From contig JAHQWG010000028.1 of the NCBI GenBank assembly GCA_029856045.1, positions 96,001 through 160,000 on the forward strand: DNA of 64,000 nt, written 5' to 3'. Below are positions 59,995 to 64,000 of the stretch, one piece after another (positions within the stretch are counted from its first letter, which is position 1; the number at the start of each line of letters is the position of its first letter). The notes under the pieces were generated by a model. The model saw nothing but the letters and a program-made list of their open reading frames with translations, made no database searches and was not told where the DNA came from. The translations under genes and the position numbers were made by a program. Source of the DNA: Promethearchaeia archaeon. GTDB lineage: Archaea > Asgardarchaeota > Lokiarchaeia > Sigyniarchaeales > SOKP01.

Positions 59995-60078
59995 ACAAAT
60001 TTCCTTGTTTTTTATTTTATTTATTATGTTTTATTAATTTTGAATATTTAAATTATTTTTGTTTCTCTGGTTAACAAT

Positions 60079-62652
60079 TTATTCAAGCATTTTCCAGGGC
60101 TTTCCGAAAAGAAGAAATGAATTAAAAGCAATGATTGATTCTACATTTATGTCTTGTTGTATATCTATTTCTTTTTGGTCAACATTTGACGCCACCTTAT
60201 TTAGAAGAATTTTTTGTCGTGCTTTCAATACAGAAATTCCTTGACTAAACCCATCAGTTAGATTATTATATATATTTGAAATTAATTGCCTTGTATTATC
60301 GTTAAAATCGTATAAAATTCTTATAATAATTCCAGTTATCTCGTTTTGATCGAAATTTTGAATTATCTTAGAAATAACCTTTAAAATTGATGGTAATTGA
60401 TCTCCCAAAAGATTGAATATACGTACATTAAAGAAAATGAATGGTTTTTTGCTAGTAGTAGTCTTTTTTATAGCATAATTAATATCTGAAATAGAAACTG
60501 TTTGATAATCATTAGTAATAAAATAACTATTTTTTGGATTCTCGGTTGAATAAAATAAATTTCCAATGATATGAATGATGTCATTAGTGCCTGAGATTAT
60601 ACTATTTAAAACATTTTCTCGGGTTAAATTTTCTTGTATGTAATATTCCATATGGTCAACGAAAGAAGATTCACTGAAATATTGGATAATATGATTTAAC
60701 TCATTTACACCTTCATTAAAGGGATACATTAACACATTATTTTTTGTGGCATCATCCCATTTTGATGGAAGCATTAAATTTAAACTCCCAAAAGTTAATA
60801 TATTAAATTTTTGTTTCGATTGATCTAAAGGCAAAATAGGTATGTTCGAATTAATTCCTCTTAAATCAGGTTCTCCTAGAGAGTATCCAATAGGATATTT
60901 CAAAGAAAAGAATCCAGACCCATCGTGGATTAAATCAAACGGTATATTTATTTTATCAAGTATTAAAAATATGTGAGGAATATGATCTGTACAATCTTGT
61001 TTCAATTTTAAAAATATATTTCTAAGTTTTTTTGGAAGAGATAAATACAGAAGTTTTCCAAAATCTACAAATGTTATATCTTTTTCAACTTCTATATTCC
61101 AAAAAAGATCATTATAAATTTTAATTAAATAAGCGTCGTTCCAATATTCATCAACAATTATATCTTGAAATTCTTGTGAATCCTCGAATTTTCCAAAATA
61201 ATTTATTTTCCCATTATCTCTAATTCTTATTGAGAGATATTCGATTTTCAGATTCTCTTTTTCGTCGAATAGATTAAATAATCCTTCATCTTGTTGATCG
61301 AAAAAAGTCATATTTTCAAGTTCCTGAGAATATTCATTTGGAAATTCTTGTAAATTTGTCAATAATGGTTGTATTTTTTTGGATAAAAATTTATTTATAT
61401 TTTCGCTTAAATTTATATCCTGTTCTTCAAAAAATGCTCTATAAAACATTGAATTCCAAAATTCAAATTTTTCAGGTGTAATAAATTTAGTTTTTAGCCT
61501 CCAAATAAAATTATAGACATAAAAGTAATGCACTATTTGTTTAGCATTTGAAGGAGTTGAAATATTTTTTTGTAATTCTTCTAATGATCTCAAAAGATAT
61601 TTTTTTTCTTTTAGATCTCTAAAATTTTTGCAAGCGTCAGCCCAATGTTCAATTAAAAGAAAATTATATTTATTTTTATAGAATTCTTTAAAATAATTCC
61701 CTAAAAACTTATATAAATTAAATGATATCTCAAATCGATTTCTTTTTAGTAAAAAATATAAGTATTTCTTTATATAATCAACAGCATCATCTAGGGAATT
61801 GAATTGAATAATCTTAAGAAAAATATTCTCAATTAAACTCAATATCCAGCTAGATTCTCCGATATCATTCAAATACATCAATAAATTTTCTAAATCTGAG
61901 AAGATCTCATTAAAATTTGTTTCATTTATTTTTATTTTTGATAAATGAGAGAATTCACTTTTTAATTCAGGGCGTAATTTATCTACCATAATATTATTTA
62001 TCTCTTTTACAAATTCTTCAGAATTCTCCTTTAATTGAAATGAGATTCCAATATTTTCTATAAAAACATATAGTAATAAGGTTCTTTTAGTAGGCTCAAT
62101 TTTTTTTAGAAATTCCCATAAAAAATTTACAGAAAAATAATATATTGATGATGGAGAAACTGATTTATTAAGGTAAATGGATAGAATTTGGTATTTAAGT
62201 AATTCATGATAATTTCCTTCATCTTTCATAATGTTTGAAAGAGAGTTTAGTAATTTTATTAAACCATTAATTGAAACGTCTGGTTGATTAATATAAGATT
62301 TGATAAGATTTTTTCCGTGATTTAGTAATTCATAATATTTGTTTTGTTTAGCCAAAAAACCAAAATAACGATTATAAGAATCATAATATTTTATAACGTC
62401 AAAAATTGAGCCCTCGTCGGTTTGTTGAATTAGAGACTGCAAATATTTATCCCAAGAATTATTTAAAATTTCATTTAATTGGTCTTTTTTTTGAAGGTTT
62501 ATCCAATCTGCCTTTTGAATATCAAAATATAGCTTTGTGAATAACTTATCTGCCCATTTATGATTTCCTAACTTTAACAATTTTCGACCTTGGATTATTT
62601 GCTGTTCAAAATTCTTGAAAAACTCTTGGTTTTTTTCATTTTGAGAACTCAT
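60079..62652 (-). CDS. large helical protein with a degenerate C-terminal CHAT (caspase-like) domain
   Basis: FGKLLY, IPFDLIHDG, DIIHIIGN, FIFFNVR, GISVLKARQ, FLLFGKP match the CHAT skeleton. Confidence 0.65.
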   Translation of the reverse strand: MSSQNEKNQEFFKNFEQQIIQGRKLLKLGNHKWADKLFTKLYFDIQKADWINLQKKDQLNEILNNSWDKYLQSLIQQTDEGSIFDVIKYYDSYNRYFGFLAKQNKYYELLNHGKNLIKSYINQPDVSINGLIKLLNSLSNIMKDEGNYHELLKYQILSIYLNKSVSPSSIYYFSVNFLWEFLKKIEPTKRTLLLYVFIENIGISFQLKENSEEFVKEINNIMVDKLRPELKSEFSHLSKIKINETNFNEIFSDLENLLMYLNDIGESSWILSLIENIFLKIIQFNSLDDAVDYIKKYLYFLLKRNRFEISFNLYKFLGNYFKEFYKNKYNFLLIEHWADACKNFRDLKEKKYLLRSLEELQKNISTPSNAKQIVHYFYVYNFIWRLKTKFITPEKFEFWNSMFYRAFFEEQDINLSENINKFLSKKIQPLLTNLQEFPNEYSQELENMTFFDQQDEGLFNLFDEKENLKIEYLSIRIRDNGKINYFGKFEDSQEFQDIIVDEYWNDAYLIKIYNDLFWNIEVEKDITFVDFGKLLYLSLPKKLRNIFLKLKQDCTDHIPHIFLILDKINIPFDLIHDGSGFFSLKYPIGYSLGEPDLRGINSNIPILPLDQSKQKFNILTFGSLNLMLPSKWDDATKNNVLMYPFNEGVNELNHIIQYFSESSFVDHMEYYIQENLTRENVLNSIISGTNDIIHIIGNLFYSTENPKNSYFITNDYQTVSISDINYAIKKTTTSKKPFIFFNVRIFNLLGDQLPSILKVISKIIQNFDQNEITGIIIRILYDFNDNTRQLISNIYNNLTDGFSQGISVLKARQKILLNKVASNVDQKEIDIQQDINVESIIAFNSFLLFGKPWKMLE

Positions 62653-62702
62653 ATTTTTATTAACTCAACTAAAACTAATTAAAATTAATTATATTTGACA
62701 CT

Positions 62703-63905
62703 TCAATCTTCATCTACTTCGTTAGAAGGAGGTTGGGATATAACCTCACCATTTTGATTTTTATTTTGAAAATTTGGATTTTCAATCCATCCTTTCGTAA
62801 TTAATCCACGAGAATATAAAATAGAGGCTCCAATCCAACCCATATCATCTCTTCCTGTTGGTGTAATAACCTTAATTTCATCTCTGATTTTTTCGGAAAA
62901 AAACTTACCAACTTCCACTTTTAATCTTTTACCAAGATCTTTAATTAGGCTAGTTCCGCCACAAAGAATAATATTTTGGAGTAATTCCAACCAATCATTC
63001 CTATTCCATGTTTTAACAAGATCTGCAATCATTTTTGGTAATTCTATAATATCCAAATGAATTCGATTTGGATTGAATAAAGGTTCGGGAATCATTATTC
63101 TTTCATAATTAATCGTAAAAATACATCCATCAGGTAGTTGAATTTCTTGGTCAAAAGAACTTAACCCTTCTTCAATTTTTTTTTTAGTTTCTTTAGGATT
63201 AAAAACACATATTGAAGATCTATCTTTTATTTCTCGTGCAATCCATTTATCTATATAATTTATTTTGTATTTCTTATTAAATAATATTAAATCCATAAAA
63301 TATTCAGTAAGATCCTTTCCTGCAATTGGAAAAAAGTCGCGAGCTGAGAAATTACTAAATCCATGTAAATATGTTGAAACAAACGAATTTTGCTCTCCTA
63401 GATTGATAACAACCCCTGTATTTTTACCTATGGCAGATAAAACACAATCAGAAAAAGTAAGAAAATTAATTTGGGGGAAATTTAATTCATCTAAAAATAT
63501 CTGTTGCATTTTTTTTTTATCATTCTCTGAACTAGTAAAAGGAAATAAAACAATTAATGGCTGTTGGAAAAAAAAGTTCTGTTCTATTCCCAATTGATGA
63601 TAATAATATAAAAAGAATTTTTTCAAGACGTTATAATTTTTTTCTATTACAAATTGATGATTATTCAAAATATCTTTATATTTTAACGCTTCAGACCCAT
63701 ATAGATGTTTTTCTGTATTCTTAGAAATAACAATATCCTTTAATCCTGAAATATTATCTGATTTATATATGGGATCTGTTATATCCGTATATATACTTGG
63801 AACTATAATATCGGGAAGATCGTCTCCCGCAAAACCTAACCGAAAATTAGCAGAACCTATATCTAAGATTAGGGGACGCAAAAACTCTTCTTTCTCATTT
63901 TCCAT
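62703..63905 (-). CDS. actin-family (actin-related) protein, divergent
   Basis: ILDIGSANFRLGFAGDDLP..IVPS, PIAGKDLT, AREIKD, LPDG, ER..IPEPLFNP, NIILCGGTS, WIGASIL. Confidence 0.93.
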   Translation of the reverse strand: MENEKEEFLRPLILDIGSANFRLGFAGDDLPDIIVPSIYTDITDPIYKSDNISGLKDIVISKNTEKHLYGSEALKYKDILNNHQFVIEKNYNVLKKFFLYYYHQLGIEQNFFFQQPLIVLFPFTSSENDKKKMQQIFLDELNFPQINFLTFSDCVLSAIGKNTGVVINLGEQNSFVSTYLHGFSNFSARDFFPIAGKDLTEYFMDLILFNKKYKINYIDKWIAREIKDRSSICVFNPKETKKKIEEGLSSFDQEIQLPDGCIFTINYERIMIPEPLFNPNRIHLDIIELPKMIADLVKTWNRNDWLELLQNIILCGGTSLIKDLGKRLKVEVGKFFSEKIRDEIKVITPTGRDDMGWIGASILYSRGLITKGWIENPNFQNKNQNGEVISQPPSNEVDED

Positions 63906-64000
63906 AATATTTTATATGCAATTTATCCTTAAAAAAACCTTGTTATTACACCAAAAAAACTGTGAAATCCGTGGTTTTTAGGAGAACTAAGAAATATTAA

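Noticed and set aside
1-64000. tRNA and rRNA genes
   Set aside because: No GC-rich structured intergenic segments or cloverleaf signatures were seen by eye; a tRNAscan-SE/Infernal run would be needed to confirm.

Overview
AT-rich (about 30% GC by eye) archaeal chromosomal window. It is most likely an Asgard archaeon of the Lokiarchaeia type, inferred from an actin-family protein, a roadblock/LC7 protein, an MglA-like small GTPase, gyrase and archaeal mevalonate genes. Contents: (1) a beta-oxidation/ring-cleavage trio; (2) small membrane proteins and five MFS transporters; (3) a 12-kb isoprenoid supercluster (uppS, HMG-CoA synthase fused to a DUF35-like domain, haloarchaeal-type phosphomevalonate decarboxylase, class II HMG-CoA reductase, UbiD-type decarboxylase, aconitase X large and small subunits, mevalonate kinase, IPK, IDI-2, polyprenyl synthase) that encodes two alternative routes from mevalonate-5-phosphate to isopentenyl phosphate; (4) a sugar/SDR/ECF region with tandem duplications and gene remnants; (5) a 1141-aa repeat membrane protein; (6) asnS-gatA-gatB, cofE/folP and gyrB/gyrA; (7) an actin-related protein followed by apparently inactive CHAT-like and PLD-like proteins and an orphan DNA methyltransferase. 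The most striking signal is in the mevalonate kinase gene. Its conserved GKTILFGE|HFVVYG motif is split by a 31-nt frameshifting insert (20809-20839) whose two ends fall exactly at the cut positions of a relaxed bulge-helix-bulge RNA fold. This makes it a candidate tRNA-endonuclease-type intron in an Asgard protein-coding gene, which also appears to start at ACG. No rRNA, tRNA, CRISPR array or transposase was recognised. All calls come from motif recognition by eye, without database searches.
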